From Candidatus Micrarchaeia archaeon (GTDB lineage Archaea > Micrarchaeota > Micrarchaeia > Burarchaeales > JAVZCV01), in NCBI GenBank assembly GCA_038874215.1, contig JAVZCV010000001.1, positions 6,452 to 70,451 of the forward strand: 64,000 nucleotides of DNA, in the 5' to 3' direction. The notes beneath the pieces were generated by a model. That model saw only the letters and a list, made by a program, of their open reading frames with translations, ran no database searches and was not told the origin of the DNA. A program made the translations under genes and the position numbers. How positions within the stretch are numbered: position 1 is the stretch's first letter; every line of letters starts with the position of its first letter. Shown piece after piece: positions 28,261 through 37,309 of the stretch.

Positions 28261-30882
28261 ATGAATACGAGCGGTTGCCACTTTCCCGATAAAATTAAGA
28301 TAGATGAAGCGGCAACATGGAGCGAGCCGATTGAGAACCTTTACTCACGCCTCTCAACTTCCCCGAGCGGGCTTTCTTCAAAAGAGGCGAGGGCACGACT
28401 GAAGGTGTACGGGCAGAACGCAATACCAGAAAAGGACCGAAGAACTGCTTTTGATGTTCTCCTCTCACAGTTTGCAAGCCCGCTTCTGCTTATTCTGATA
28501 ATTGCATCGGTAGTATCTGCTTTTGTTGGGGAGATATTTGACACGCTGATCATACTTGTTGTCATATCGGTAAGTGTCGTCCTCGGGTTCGTTCAGGAGT
28601 ATAAATCTGAGAGAGTTTTGTCAGAGCTCAAAAGGTATTTCTCGCACCGTGCAGTCGTTCTTAGGGATGGGGAAAAGATGCAGATTGATGTGCGCGAACT
28701 TGTCCCGGGCGATGTTGTTTTTGTTCGGTTGGGTGATATCATCCCCGCGGACTTGCGTGTGATAGAAACAGAGGGAATACGGGTTGATGAAAGTGTGCTT
28801 ACGGGGGAATCACGCGAGGTTGAGAAAACGGAAGCGCCGTCAAGGTCTGCAATGAGCCCTCAAGATATAACAAACGGACTCTTCATGGGGACAACAGTCG
28901 TTGATGGATATGCAAGGGCTCTCGTCGTTGCAACGGGTAAAGATACGTTTTTCGGCAGAACAGCAACGATTTTCAGCTCAAAAGTGCCAGAGTCTGATTT
29001 TCAGATGAACATTAAGCGCTTCGGCAACCTGCTCCTAAGGATAATCGTCGTTCTAGCGATTTTTGTATTCCTCACAAACTTTCTCCTCGGGCATGGGGAG
29101 AAAAGCCCGCTCGTTGAATCTGCCCTTTTTGCGCTCGCGATAGCTGTTGGTATCACGCCCGAAGCCCTCCCAGTGATAGTTACAGTGACACTTTCGTGGG
29201 GAAGCATGCTGCTTGCAAAGAAGAAGGTTGTTGTCAAGAAGCTCGCTGCAATAGAAGACCTTGGAGATATGGATGTTTTGTGCACCGACAAAACAGGCAC
29301 GCTTACCGAAGAAAGCATTCAGATGGATAGGTATGTTGACCTTGACAGTAAGGACAGCCATGATGTTTTTGAGTATGCGTTTCTTTGCAACGCTGCTGAG
29401 GGAACGACCCACCTGAGGGGCAGCGCAATAGATGTGGCGATAAGAAGGAGCGGTATTGCATCAAAAATTGATGTTTCTCGCTTCAAAAAAATCCAAGAGG
29501 TTCCGTTTGATTTTACGAGGCGCAGAATGTCGCAGGTTGTTTCGGAGAGAGGGAGGAGGATTATCATAACAAAAGGTGAGCCTGAATCAATCCTATCAGT
29601 ATGCTCAAAAGTTAAGATGGGCGGTAGATACTACGATGTATCGGAGAAGCGTGAATATATCTTGGGGATGATTGCACGTTATGCGGATGAAGGACAAACA
29701 ACAATCGGAGTCGCATACCGTGAGATAGATGAAAAGAGAGAGTATACGAAGGAGGATGAACACGGCCTGATTTTTATAGGGTTTGTTCTTCTGAGCAATC
29801 CGCCTAAGCATGGAGTTCGCCACACTATTGAGAGGCTTAGGAAGCTTGGAATAAGGCTGAAAGTAGTAACTGGGGATGATCCGAGGCTTACGCGAAGATT
29901 ATGCTATCAGATTGGTTTCGCACCTGCTGAGGACAGAGTCGTTACGGGCAATGAGATACGAAATATGAGTGAAAAGGAGCTTGCAGAAACTGTTGAGAGG
30001 TTTGATGTTTTTGCACGTGTAACGCCCGAGCAGAAGCTTGCAATCGTAGAGGCGCTGAGGAAAAACGGGCATGTGGTTGGGTTTCTTGGGGATGGAATAA
30101 ACGATGCACCGGCTTTGCGCGCAGCCGATGTGGGCATATCTGTTGATACGGCAGCTGATGTCGCAAAGGAGGCGTCGCACATAATACTTCTCAACAAGAG
30201 CTTGGGCGTGGTTTGCGATGGGGTTGAGGAAGGCCGCAACATATTCGCCAATATAACAAAGTACCTGCTCAACACCATGAGCGCAAATCAGGGGAACATG
30301 ATAACCGTGAGCCTTTCCTCTCTCTTTCTGCCATTCATTCCCCTTCTGCCCGTGCAAATACTTCTTACGAACATGCTTTCGGATATCCCGCTTCTCAGCA
30401 TATCTACGGACAATGTTGATAGGCACTATACGGAAAAACCGCAGAAGTGGGATATGAACATGCTTTTAAGGTTCATGGTGTTTTTTGGTGCGATAAGCTC
30501 GTTTTTTGATATACTCTTTATCGCAATCCTGCATTTTGTTATGAAGGTTGATGTGGACGTGTTCCGCACCGCATGGTTCTTGCTTTCTGTTCTTTCAGAA
30601 ATGCTCATTCTGTTTTCTCTAAGAACGCAGTTGCCGTTTTTCAGGAGCATGCCGTCCCGCATGCTCATCGCAACATCGCTTGTCATGATGCTTGCCTCCG
30701 TTGCGGTTGTCTATATAGCGCCCCTCTCGGAGCTCTTCCACTTTGTACCGCTCGGGGTGCCTATTCTTGCCCTTATGGGCGCCGTCCTTATTGCATATTT
30801 CGTTGCGACAGAAGTTGGCAAGTTTGTTTTCTTCTCATGCATATGCCCATCGCCAACCCCAACGGCCAAAAGTAATAAATAG
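28261..30882 (+). CDS. Cation-transporting P-type ATPase (P2/P3-type, Mg2+/Ca2+-like)
   Basis: Phosphorylation motif CTDKTGTLTEE, TGES, ITPEALP in TM4, and hinge GDGINDAPAL. Length 873 aa. Confidence 0.85.
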   Translation: MNTSGCHFPDKIKIDEAATWSEPIENLYSRLSTSPSGLSSKEARARLKVYGQNAIPEKDRRTAFDVLLSQFASPLLLILIIASVVSAFVGEIFDTLIILVVISVSVVLGFVQEYKSERVLSELKRYFSHRAVVLRDGEKMQIDVRELVPGDVVFVRLGDIIPADLRVIETEGIRVDESVLTGESREVEKTEAPSRSAMSPQDITNGLFMGTTVVDGYARALVVATGKDTFFGRTATIFSSKVPESDFQMNIKRFGNLLLRIIVVLAIFVFLTNFLLGHGEKSPLVESALFALAIAVGITPEALPVIVTVTLSWGSMLLAKKKVVVKKLAAIEDLGDMDVLCTDKTGTLTEESIQMDRYVDLDSKDSHDVFEYAFLCNAAEGTTHLRGSAIDVAIRRSGIASKIDVSRFKKIQEVPFDFTRRRMSQVVSERGRRIIITKGEPESILSVCSKVKMGGRYYDVSEKREYILGMIARYADEGQTTIGVAYREIDEKREYTKEDEHGLIFIGFVLLSNPPKHGVRHTIERLRKLGIRLKVVTGDDPRLTRRLCYQIGFAPAEDRVVTGNEIRNMSEKELAETVERFDVFARVTPEQKLAIVEALRKNGHVVGFLGDGINDAPALRAADVGISVDTAADVAKEASHIILLNKSLGVVCDGVEEGRNIFANITKYLLNTMSANQGNMITVSLSSLFLPFIPLLPVQILLTNMLSDIPLLSISTDNVDRHYTEKPQKWDMNMLLRFMVFFGAISSFFDILFIAILHFVMKVDVDVFRTAWFLLSVLSEMLILFSLRTQLPFFRSMPSRMLIATSLVMMLASVAVVYIAPLSELFHFVPLGVPILALMGAVLIAYFVATEVGKFVFFSCICPSPTPTAKSNK

Positions 30883-30914
30883 GTGGAGGGGAAGATGAAA
30901 GTGGAGGTGAGTTT

Positions 30915-31178
30915 GTGGCTGCTGGAGAAATCATAACCAACCTTCTTCTTGCAGTTGTTTATACGGTTGTTGGGGCTGTTCTTGGGATGTTATTTCTGAG
31001 TATTGCAACGCTCATTGTGCCAAGGATAGTTGACATGATTACGCCAAAGATAGATGACGAGAAAGAGATGCTTCGCGGAAACCTTGCTGTTGCAACCTAT
31101 GTTGCACAGATAACGCAGGCAGTCATAATCGGCATGAGCATCATAATAGCCGCGGCGGTAATCGGGGGCATATTCTAA
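30915..31178 (+). CDS. Small two-transmembrane-helix membrane protein (DUF350-like)
   Basis: 87 aa with two hydrophobic helices, immediately upstream of the Hint-Tim44 gene. Confidence 0.4.
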   Translation: MAAGEIITNLLLAVVYTVVGAVLGMLFLSIATLIVPRIVDMITPKIDDEKEMLRGNLAVATYVAQITQAVIIGMSIIIAAAVIGGIF

Positions 31179-31186
31179 GTGGAAAA

Positions 31187-33340
31187 ATGAAGCGTATATT
31201 GTTTTTTTTACTATTGGCTTCCTTTTTATTGTCTTTTTCTCCAGCATACGCGAGGGCGGGCGGGGGTTGCTTTCTTCCAGATACGCTTATTCTTGCGGCA
31301 AATGGGACGCTGGTTCCGATAGGTAGTTTGAAAAGTGGGGATGTTCTTCTTGCATTTACCGAAAATGAGCAGATAGTTAATGTAAGCGTAGATGAAGCGT
31401 ACGGCATAGAGGTAGACGGGTATTACGTGATAGGTATAGAAAAAATAGAAGTGAAAGTTACGGGGGAACATCCATTCTACGTTGGAGATGGTAAATTCAA
31501 GGTGGCAGAGGAGATTGAAATCGGTGATTATGTTTTCGTTTTCAATGGAACAAGTCTTTCTCGGCAGATGGTTGTGGGAAAAAGAAAGGTGAATGAGAGC
31601 GGAGTTAAGGTATACAATTTGAGGACTGGCTGGCCGAACACATACTTTGCGAATTTTATTGCAGTGCATAATAAAGGGGGAGGAGGCGGGGGCGGTGGAG
31701 GGGGAGTTAGATCTTCATCTAGCAAGCACTACGAATCGCCATACAGAGAAGATACATACTGTGGAGCTGTAAAGACGTTTGAGCTGAAGAATGGGAGCAA
31801 GATAAACGGAAGCGAGTGCATCTACGTACATTACCACAAAACGCAAAGCCCACAGGCAACAAGGCTTTCAGACTGTGTTCGCACTAATTCAGATTCATGG
31901 AAGCAGTGCGAGAGTCTTGCGGGTTTCGCTTTGAGTCATGAATTGCAGTTTAGGTGTGCAAACGATGAGGAATGCGCGGGTCTGGATTATATTGAATTGA
32001 AGAATGGCATGCGTGTGAAGGTTATAAAGCCGCTAGTAACTTTTGACTGTTGTACTTGTTGCTGTGTTGGCATATTCTTTATGGCTTTTGGTTTGTTTTT
32101 TGTGGGCGGAATTGCAAATTCGGTCTTGTATGTTGTGAGTGGTGGGAGGTTGGGCTTCCGCCCATACCGCACTGGCGAAAATTTGGACTATTGCTACTCC
32201 CCTGCACAGATTGATGCGAAGGTAGCGAGAACGAAAAAGCTGCTTGATTACCTCGCGGGCATTGACAGAATGTGGGAACCAGAGCTTCTTAAAAAGACTG
32301 CAAGGGAGACTTTTACCAAAATGCAGAGATGCTGGGAGGCACGCGATTACTCGGAAATGCGGCCCCTCATGATGCCGTACCTGTATGCGCAACATGTAGC
32401 GCAGATAGAATCAATGAAGCGGAACCATGAGATAAACAAGCTTGAAGGGCTTGAAATTAGGAGAGTAGATATAGTGCATCTCAGGCATTATGCGAAGAAG
32501 AACCAGCAGGAATTCACGGCGCTTGTAGAAGCAAGCGTTCGGGACTATTATGTTGATGACAGAACGGGTGCATTTCTACGGGGAGACAAAGTTCCAGCAA
32601 CTTTTCAGGAGTTTTTGGTTTTCCAAAGGCAGGAGGATAGATGGCTTCTGAGGGAGATAAACCAGACCCGCGAGTCAGATGCGCTTAGGGCAGAGAATTT
32701 CGTTGAGGAACTTACGCCGCTGCAGCTCCAGAACATATATGGTTCTGCTGCGCAAAAGCCAACCGAAAAAGCCCCATGGTTAGATGATTCGCTCGCACAG
32801 AAGGGCGAAAAGGTACATAGAATGCTGAATTTCCTCTCAACAACAGACAAAAGCTGGGATGAGGATTTCATGAAGGAAAGCGCAAGAAGGATATTCGTTG
32901 AGGTTCTAAGCGCTTTTGAAAAACGGGATATTTCGGCTCTCGCGCCTTATCTTATGCCCGAGGCATTGGAGTTTTACAACGGGCAGATTGGAAAAATGAA
33001 GGAAGAAAACAGGACTATTGAATACAGAAACATGTGCGTGAGGAAGGTTGAGATAATCCTTGTAAAAAACTTTGCTGACAGCGATAAAGACGAGTTCACG
33101 TGCAGGATAAGTGCGCACGCACAGAAGATAGAGAGAAAGGGAGGCGTGGTAGTTCATAGGGACCCTGATGTCGTGCCTTTTGAGGAATATTTGACATTCC
33201 AGAAGCAAAAAGGCGAGTGGAAGCTTAGGGAAGTGCAACCGCCAGCACGAGCGCATGCAATGATAGTGGCGGAAAACGTGGATGAGGAGGTTTCAAAAGA
33301 ACAGGTGCAGTGGTATTACACAAAGGATAGAGCGCTCTGA
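31187..33340 (+). CDS. Secreted/membrane protein: signal peptide, Hint (intein/BIL-like) domain, poly-Gly linker, transmembrane segment, and two Tim44-like (NTF2-fold) domains
   Basis: Signal peptide MKRILFFLLLASFLLSFSPAYA. Hint block A CFLPDTLIL starts at 31268; block B is VTGEHPFYV; blocks F/G are VYNLRTGWPNTYFANFIAVHN ending at 31672, followed by KGGGGGGGGGG. A Cys-rich hydrophobic transmembrane stretch follows. Two repeats of a Tim44-like pattern then occur (…TFTKMQRCWEARDYSEMRPLMMPY…DRWLLREINQ and …VEVLSAFEKRDISALAPYLMPE…GEWKLREVQ). Confidence 0.6.
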   Translation: MKRILFFLLLASFLLSFSPAYARAGGGCFLPDTLILAANGTLVPIGSLKSGDVLLAFTENEQIVNVSVDEAYGIEVDGYYVIGIEKIEVKVTGEHPFYVGDGKFKVAEEIEIGDYVFVFNGTSLSRQMVVGKRKVNESGVKVYNLRTGWPNTYFANFIAVHNKGGGGGGGGGGVRSSSSKHYESPYREDTYCGAVKTFELKNGSKINGSECIYVHYHKTQSPQATRLSDCVRTNSDSWKQCESLAGFALSHELQFRCANDEECAGLDYIELKNGMRVKVIKPLVTFDCCTCCCVGIFFMAFGLFFVGGIANSVLYVVSGGRLGFRPYRTGENLDYCYSPAQIDAKVARTKKLLDYLAGIDRMWEPELLKKTARETFTKMQRCWEARDYSEMRPLMMPYLYAQHVAQIESMKRNHEINKLEGLEIRRVDIVHLRHYAKKNQQEFTALVEASVRDYYVDDRTGAFLRGDKVPATFQEFLVFQRQEDRWLLREINQTRESDALRAENFVEELTPLQLQNIYGSAAQKPTEKAPWLDDSLAQKGEKVHRMLNFLSTTDKSWDEDFMKESARRIFVEVLSAFEKRDISALAPYLMPEALEFYNGQIGKMKEENRTIEYRNMCVRKVEIILVKNFADSDKDEFTCRISAHAQKIERKGGVVVHRDPDVVPFEEYLTFQKQKGEWKLREVQPPARAHAMIVAENVDEEVSKEQVQWYYTKDRAL

Positions 33341-33344
33341 TGTG

Positions 33345-33743
33345 CTATTTTATTACTGAAAGCGCCATACTTTCAATGCGGGAATAGTCTTCTTTGCTTC
33401 TTTTTTTCAGCCTGCGCATTTTTTTTATCCCCAAGCGATTTATGGGAATCGGAGTTTCGCTAAAAACGATGAATTCCGAGTAGCTTTTTGCGCCAGCCTT
33501 CTTTACTGCGCTTTCAAAATTTCTGACGCCCGCAACACGCAGAAGCATCTCGTTTTCAAGTTTTCTGGCTATGTTGCAACCTTCTTCAAAGGAACGCTTT
33601 GCCTGAAAATATGCGAATTTTACCTCCAACTCTGAGCTTATCGCATTCTTGTCAAAAGCCTGCACTATTCCTCCACGGGCTTCTCTTATTCTTTTTAAGA
33701 ATTCGTGTATTGGCAGGTCCGTCTCCACTACCCGTATGTGCAT
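33345..33743 (-). CDS. cgi121: KEOPS complex subunit Cgi121-like
   Basis: Aligns by eye with archaeal Cgi121: …IVQAFDKNAISSELEVKFAYFQAK… / …RKLENEMLLRVAGVRNFESAVKKAGAK…. Confidence 0.5.
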   Translation of the reverse strand: MHIRVVETDLPIHEFLKRIREARGGIVQAFDKNAISSELEVKFAYFQAKRSFEEGCNIARKLENEMLLRVAGVRNFESAVKKAGAKSYSEFIVFSETPIPINRLGIKKMRRLKKRSKEDYSRIESMALSVIK

Positions 33744-33801
33744 GTAAACAGCATTGAATCAAACTTTATATAGTTTCCTCTGTATAAATTTAACGATTTT
33801 T

Positions 33802-34182
33802 ATGGAGGAATTTCACGGAAGGTCTGGAAGGAAATCTTCGGGTACGGGTGGTAGGATAAAGAAACACAGGGACAAAAGGCTATTTGAGATAGGGGGAGTT
33901 TTCACTGCGACGAAGGTTGGGGATTCTGACGCGAGGTTTGTAAGCCGTACGAGAGGCGGTGGTACCAAGGTAAGGCTCAGGCAGGCTTCTTTCGTTAATG
34001 TGGTAACAAAGGATGGAATAAAACGTGCGAAGATACGCACTGTTCTGGAAACGCCCGATAACAGGCACTATGCAAGGCAGAACATAATAACAAAAGGCAC
34101 GATTCTTGATACGGAATTCGGGAAGGTTAGGGTAACGAACCGCGTTGGGCAAGATGGAGTAATAAACGGAGTGCTTGTTTGA
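33802..34182 (+). CDS. rps8e: 30S ribosomal protein S8e (start at the internal Met)
   Basis: N-terminus MEEFHGRSGRKSSGTGGR matches S8e (…GRSxRKxTGG…). The track ORF begins 16 codons earlier. Confidence 0.8.
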   Translation: MEEFHGRSGRKSSGTGGRIKKHRDKRLFEIGGVFTATKVGDSDARFVSRTRGGGTKVRLRQASFVNVVTKDGIKRAKIRTVLETPDNRHYARQNIITKGTILDTEFGKVRVTNRVGQDGVINGVLV

Positions 34183-34196
34183 ATCGTAGGGAGCGG

Positions 34197-34475
34197 CTAT
34201 TTTTTCTTTCTTGTGTTGAACTCTATTCTGAGCAACACTTGGAGTAGGGTCATGGTTGATATGTAGAGAAGCGTCACGCCTACAAATGCCATGTTTTTGA
34301 TTATCCACTCAGTTGTTGTCGCAAAAAACATGTTCACAAGCGCTATTGCAAACATGAAGGCTACTAAAAGATTTCCTATCTCTATCATGAATAACCAATT
34401 GTGCAGGTCCTCCTCGGTTTCAACGATAAGAAGACGATTAAGCCAGTTTTTCTTGGTTTCCTGCATGGAGACCAC
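34197..34475 (-). CDS. Hypothetical small membrane protein
   Basis: 92 aa, two predicted transmembrane helices. Confidence 0.3.
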   Translation of the reverse strand: MVSMQETKKNWLNRLLIVETEEDLHNWLFMIEIGNLLVAFMFAIALVNMFFATTTEWIIKNMAFVGVTLLYISTMTLLQVLLRIEFNTRKKK

Positions 34476-34542
34476 CGTAGTTATATCTCCCGATTATTTT
34501 TAAATTGTGTATGCCTACGTATTTTCCAGTTTGGTGAATTTT

Positions 34543-35331
34543 ATGAAAATCGGTACAGTTATGCTTGATGGAAAAAGAAGGGCGGCGATATTTGAGGGAA
34601 GCGTTGTGAAACTGCTTGATAGGGAAGATGCACGCAAGCATATTGAGAATCCAGGGAACTTATGCGAGGAAGTAAATGCTGGGGATGTGGAGTTTCTTCC
34701 CCCCATACCAAACCCAGAGAAAATAGTGTGCGTAGGCCTGAATTATCGTGAGCATGCAAGAGAGCTTATAGAGAAGAAGCTTCTTAACGAGATACCGAAT
34801 GAGCCGACAATTTTTCTGAAGCCGCCATCTGCACTAATCGGGCATGAAGGAAGGATAATGTGGCCACGCTATCAAGAAGTTAAGAGGGTTGACTACGAGG
34901 CAGAACTCGCCGTTGTTATAGGGAAGAAATGCAGGAACGTTTCCCCAGAGGAGGCGGGGGAGTTCATCGCAGGGTTAACGTGTTTCAATGACGTTACTGC
35001 GAGAGACGTACAGAAGAGGGATGGGCAGTGGACGAGAGCGAAGAGCTACGATACGTTTGCCCCACTCGGCCCTTGGATAGTAAAGGGGGTTGATGCAGAC
35101 AACCTCAGAATACGCTGCATTCTGAATGGCAAGGTAGTGCAGGACTCCAGAACATCTGATATGATATTCGGTGTAAACAGGGTAGTTTCATTCATATCCT
35201 GCGTGATGACGCTCAAATGCGGTGATATAATAGCGACGGGCACGCCGAGCGGAGTAGGAGAGCTCCACAAAGGCGATGTTGTTGAAGTTGAGATAGAAAA
35301 CATAGGCATTCTAAGAAATCGGGTTTTCTGA
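34543..35331 (+). CDS. Fumarylacetoacetate hydrolase (FAH) family protein
   Basis: …KIVCVGLNYREHA… EPTIFLKP… DYEAELAVVIGK… typical of the FAH/HpcE fold. Start placed at MKIGTVML. Confidence 0.75.
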   Translation: MKIGTVMLDGKRRAAIFEGSVVKLLDREDARKHIENPGNLCEEVNAGDVEFLPPIPNPEKIVCVGLNYREHARELIEKKLLNEIPNEPTIFLKPPSALIGHEGRIMWPRYQEVKRVDYEAELAVVIGKKCRNVSPEEAGEFIAGLTCFNDVTARDVQKRDGQWTRAKSYDTFAPLGPWIVKGVDADNLRIRCILNGKVVQDSRTSDMIFGVNRVVSFISCVMTLKCGDIIATGTPSGVGELHKGDVVEVEIENIGILRNRVF

Positions 35332-36525
35332 TTGCTCGGTGCGCAGTGCAATCATGGGGGTTAGCATTTCCATGCGCACTACTCCCTGCCCAATGTATTC
35401 AACATTGGCGCTGACGTATATTGTGCTGTTTTCCGCTGTGGTATGTGGTACGAGCAGAACGCCAAAGCGCGAGCGGTAAGGAACGTATAGTTCACCGAAA
35501 GGCGTTTCAATTCTGTGCGGGCTTCGGAGAATTGCATAGCGATAGAGGTCAATTTTTTTACCAGCGAAGATTTCAGTGAGAGGTTCCATTGGGGTTGTAT
35601 TGTAGTCAAATGCAAACGCAAGAATGGACTCTGGGAATTCCATTGTCGCATTGAATGTTGAGAAGTCCTGCTCTATCCGCATTTTATCTGTGAAATCATC
35701 GGCAATAATGAGAATATCGCCCGAAACATCTTTTACGTAGGATAGGTTTTTAGCGAATTCGGACATTTCTTTATTTTCACCCATTCCAAGTACGCGGACT
35801 GTGGAGATAGGCGTGTAGTTGAGAAGCGATACGTTTGAGAGGCTTTCCCCTAGTTTCCGTGCTATTTCTGGAAAATGAATGTTCCGCTCTTCCCACCCGA
35901 AGCTCACAATTGCCCCATATCTGTCTATTAGTCTCTCAACTCTCGCCTCTACGGGTAGGTTTGCTTTTTTCTGCCTAACAAGCGGGAGCAACTCCAATAC
36001 TTCCTCATCGGAAACGAGCGCCCGTACTTGTATGGTTAAATTCGTTCCCTCCGCTGTAACAGGGTCTATTTCAATTTTCAGCGGGCGAGAGTATGATATC
36101 TTCCTCCCTTTTACATCCAAGCCTTCGGTTAGCAAAACTCTTGCCTTGCCCTTAACTGCAAAAGTCTCGTTGAGTGCGTAAAGCTCTCTTGCAATCTCAG
36201 TTATGTTTGAATCTCGTTCAAGCACAAGAGCAATTTCGCCTTTGCTGATGGGGTTTGCAAATGCAAAACGCGAATCGCGTGAGAGTTTCATGAGCAGCTC
36301 TTCGCTTCCATTCACAACCAAGATGTTTTCGTAGCCTATTACTATTGCGTTCAGCTCTGCAAAAACGGGTATGGTTTCGTTGAGAGTTTTGTTTTGTTCC
36401 TCACTACTTTGGCTTTGCCTTCCACCTAAAACAAGTGGTTCAAGTATAAACGCAAGCACTATGAGTACAACCACTATTTTTATTATATTTTCCTTTGTTA
36501 ATATAGTCTCTCCATTATTCGCCAT
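35311..36525 (-). CDS. Membrane-anchored, heavily N-glycosylation-sequon-rich extracellular hypothetical protein (start at the internal Met)
   Basis: The MANNGETIL… start is followed by a transmembrane segment (IIKIVVVLIVLAFILEPLVLG) and many NxS/T sites. The upstream S/T-rich extension of the track ORF overlaps the divergent FKBP gene. Confidence 0.4.
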   Translation of the reverse strand: MANNGETILTKENIIKIVVVLIVLAFILEPLVLGGRQSQSSEEQNKTLNETIPVFAELNAIVIGYENILVVNGSEELLMKLSRDSRFAFANPISKGEIALVLERDSNITEIARELYALNETFAVKGKARVLLTEGLDVKGRKISYSRPLKIEIDPVTAEGTNLTIQVRALVSDEEVLELLPLVRQKKANLPVEARVERLIDRYGAIVSFGWEERNIHFPEIARKLGESLSNVSLLNYTPISTVRVLGMGENKEMSEFAKNLSYVKDVSGDILIIADDFTDKMRIEQDFSTFNATMEFPESILAFAFDYNTTPMEPLTEIFAGKKIDLYRYAILRSPHRIETPFGELYVPYRSRFGVLLVPHTTAENSTIYVSANVEYIGQGVVRMEMLTPMIALRTEQSENPIS

Positions 36526-36580
36526 GTGTGTTTTGGGTGAAAAAAAGGTTATAACATTAACGCAATCGGGGGTTTTTGGT

Positions 36581-37309
36581 ATGGCTTTGCAAAACGGTGA
36601 TTTCGTAGAGATAGAATACACGGCAAAAAAGGCTTCTGATGGTGTCGTTTTTGATACGACAGATGAGGCAAAGGCGAGAAGTGCTGGGATATATGCAGAG
36701 AATACACGGTATGGTCCCTTACTCGTAGTGGTGGGGAAGGGGCATGTTGTAAGCGGGCTTGATGAAGCGCTTGTTGGCATGGAAGTTGGGCAGGAGAGGA
36801 GTGTTGAAGTTCTTCCTGAAAAGGGTTTCGGGAAAAAGGACCCGAAACTCCTCCGCGTTATGTCCCTTAATGAATTCAGAAAGCAGAGGATAGAACCATA
36901 TCCTGGCATGCCAGTCACGCTTGATGGTATTTCTGCTGTTGTGAAGAGCGTGAGCGGCGGCAGGGTGATGGTTGACATGAACCATCCGCTTGCAGGTGAA
37001 AAGCTCATTTATGATGTAAAAGTTGTTAGAAAGCTTGAGACAGAGGAGGAGAAGATAAGGGGGCTCCTCTCCTCTGAGAAATTGGATGGCGAGATAAAAT
37101 TTGGGGATGTTGTTACTATAAGTATTAAGAATGCAAAAAATGATGTTTCGTATTTTATAGCGAAGTCAAACTTTCTCCGAAGGCTTTTTGAGCTTATGGA
37201 CATGAAGAAGGTTAGAGTAGTTGAGGATTTCGTGAAAGACGAGAAAAAACCGACTGAATCGGAGAATGAAGAAAAGCAAGCTGAAACAGAAAAAGAGAAG
37301 ACGGATTAG
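36581..37309 (+). CDS. FKBP-type peptidyl-prolyl cis-trans isomerase (archaeal long FKBP/SlyD-like with IF domain)
   Basis: MALQNGDFVEIEYTAK…DGVVFDTT… GKGHVVSGLDEALVGMEVGQER… LAGEKLIYDVKVV. Start chosen to avoid overlap with the divergent gene. Confidence 0.75.
   Translation: MALQNGDFVEIEYTAKKASDGVVFDTTDEAKARSAGIYAENTRYGPLLVVVGKGHVVSGLDEALVGMEVGQERSVEVLPEKGFGKKDPKLLRVMSLNEFRKQRIEPYPGMPVTLDGISAVVKSVSGGRVMVDMNHPLAGEKLIYDVKVVRKLETEEEKIRGLLSSEKLDGEIKFGDVVTISIKNAKNDVSYFIAKSNFLRRLFELMDMKKVRVVEDFVKDEKKPTESENEEKQAETEKEKTD

Noticed and set aside
31672-31707. G-rich run (ggaggaggcgggggcggtggagggggag) considered as a simple repeat or G-quadruplex element
   Set aside because: It is in frame and encodes the 11-Gly linker after the Hint domain; a coding explanation is sufficient.
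36523-36526. Possible misassembly suggested by divergent genes whose start codons overlap (35311..36525 versus the FKBP gene; fabG versus 53289)
   Set aside because: Choosing the next in-frame Met for the plus-strand genes (36581, 53406) removes the overlap and gives canonical N-termini (MALQNGDFVEIEYTAK for the FKBP).
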